A stretch of 63,931 bases of DNA, counting the filler, from Octopus bimaculoides (lineage: Eukaryota), in the NCBI RefSeq assembly GCF_001194135.2. It is 6 parts of 6 records of this genome, joined end to end, with 100 filler letters (N's around TTAATTAATTAA, not from the genome) between each part and the next. Parts side by side here need not be neighbours in the genome. Positions count along the whole stretch, not along the records: positions 58,364 to 63,931 come from NC_068995.1; 5 more parts are not named here. One strand, written 5' to 3'. The position numbers and the translations under genes are program-made. The notes under the pieces were generated by a model. It did no database searches, was not told the DNA's origin, and saw nothing but the letters and a program-made list of their open reading frames with translations. Every line of letters begins with the position of its first letter. The first letter of the stretch is position 1. Below, in pieces: positions 63,123-63,931 of this stretch.

Positions 63123-63681
63123 ATTTACTTCACGAAGAACTCATTGACAGTATCTGTTCACAAAGTCTAGCTTATGGAGATATCGATTGCTAGTATTTAT
63201 AAGAGACAAAGGTCTGTCACCAGTGGATGTGCGCTTATACATGGCTGTTCAACCATCTCAAACAAAACCACATCTTCCACAGTAGGAGGTCTTCATGACA
63301 GGTGTTTGTCTTCGAGGCCGGTGTCCCCTTCATTGAAATGATTGAAACAACATTATTTTCTTTTAATTCTCTTCTACTCATTCTTTTTCTCATTAGTAGG
63401 GTAAACTGGCTCTGATTACGACATTTTGCCATGTATTATTACAGCTGTAAAAAAAACAGGTAAACAATTTATGTTTACGTGTTTGGTATGAAAAAAAAAA
63501 GTCAGCAACGATTGGAAAAATTCTTCGAATTAATGAGATAACATGGAGATGCAAATTGCTAAAGATCATCAGTGAAAATCCGTAAACATTGTTGTCTAAG
63601 CCTGGTAAGAACACACCACACGCGCGCGCATGCATAAGTATTTGTACATATTCATATATATGTATGTATATTTATTATTTT

Positions 63682-63867
63682 TAATTTATTTCAGCCATTT
63701 GACTGCGGCAATGCTGGAACACCACCTTTCGTGGAACAAATTAACTCCAAGATTTATACTTTACAAGCCTATTACTTATTCTATCACCCTCTTTTGCTGA
63801 ACCACTACATTTCGGGGGCGTAAACACAACATCATTTGTCAAGTGATGGGGGAGAAACATAAACGCA

Positions 63868-63931
<64 letters not shown>
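63682..63931 (-). mobile_element. SINE-B 3' module plus internal (CA)n, continuing beyond the window
   Basis: Aligns to 30298-30550. Confidence 0.85.

Noticed and set aside
63562-63590. RIFTDDL peptide on the minus strand resembling the RT YADD motif
   Set aside because: No other RT motifs at suitable spacing. Consistent with chance.

Overview
AT-rich, microsatellite-dense animal genomic DNA from a draft scaffold with about 9 kb of N gaps. The repeat complement (tRNA-headed SINEs, Dong/R4, Tx1, CR1, mariner, Merlin) resembles an octopus/cephalopod genome; this is inference and was not database-checked. No intact host gene is recognisable. Most ORF-track entries are artefacts of gaps or simple repeats, and there is one weak candidate exon at 29507-29705. 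The window is a graveyard of mobile elements. About 35 copies of four tRNA-derived SINE types (called A-D here) show shuffled modules. At 19.3-26.5 kb a minus-strand R4/Dong-like RLE LINE and a plus-strand Tx1-like L1-clade LINE sit head-to-head between (TTA)n tracts. There are also a Merlin deletion derivative, mariner MITEs and fragments, and CR1, Helitron-like, Penelope-like and hAT-like remnants. The most interesting signals are: (1) a covarying 4-bp stem with a CTTGT-type loop kept at the 3' end of all SINE-A tail variants and of two LINE-like 3' ends, suggesting a SINE mobilised by a Tx1-like LINE; (2) an unclassified GC-rich insertion with an exact 6-bp TSD whose removal restores the Dong RLE reading frame; (3) a perfect 34-bp-arm palindrome. 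All motif assignments were made by eye.
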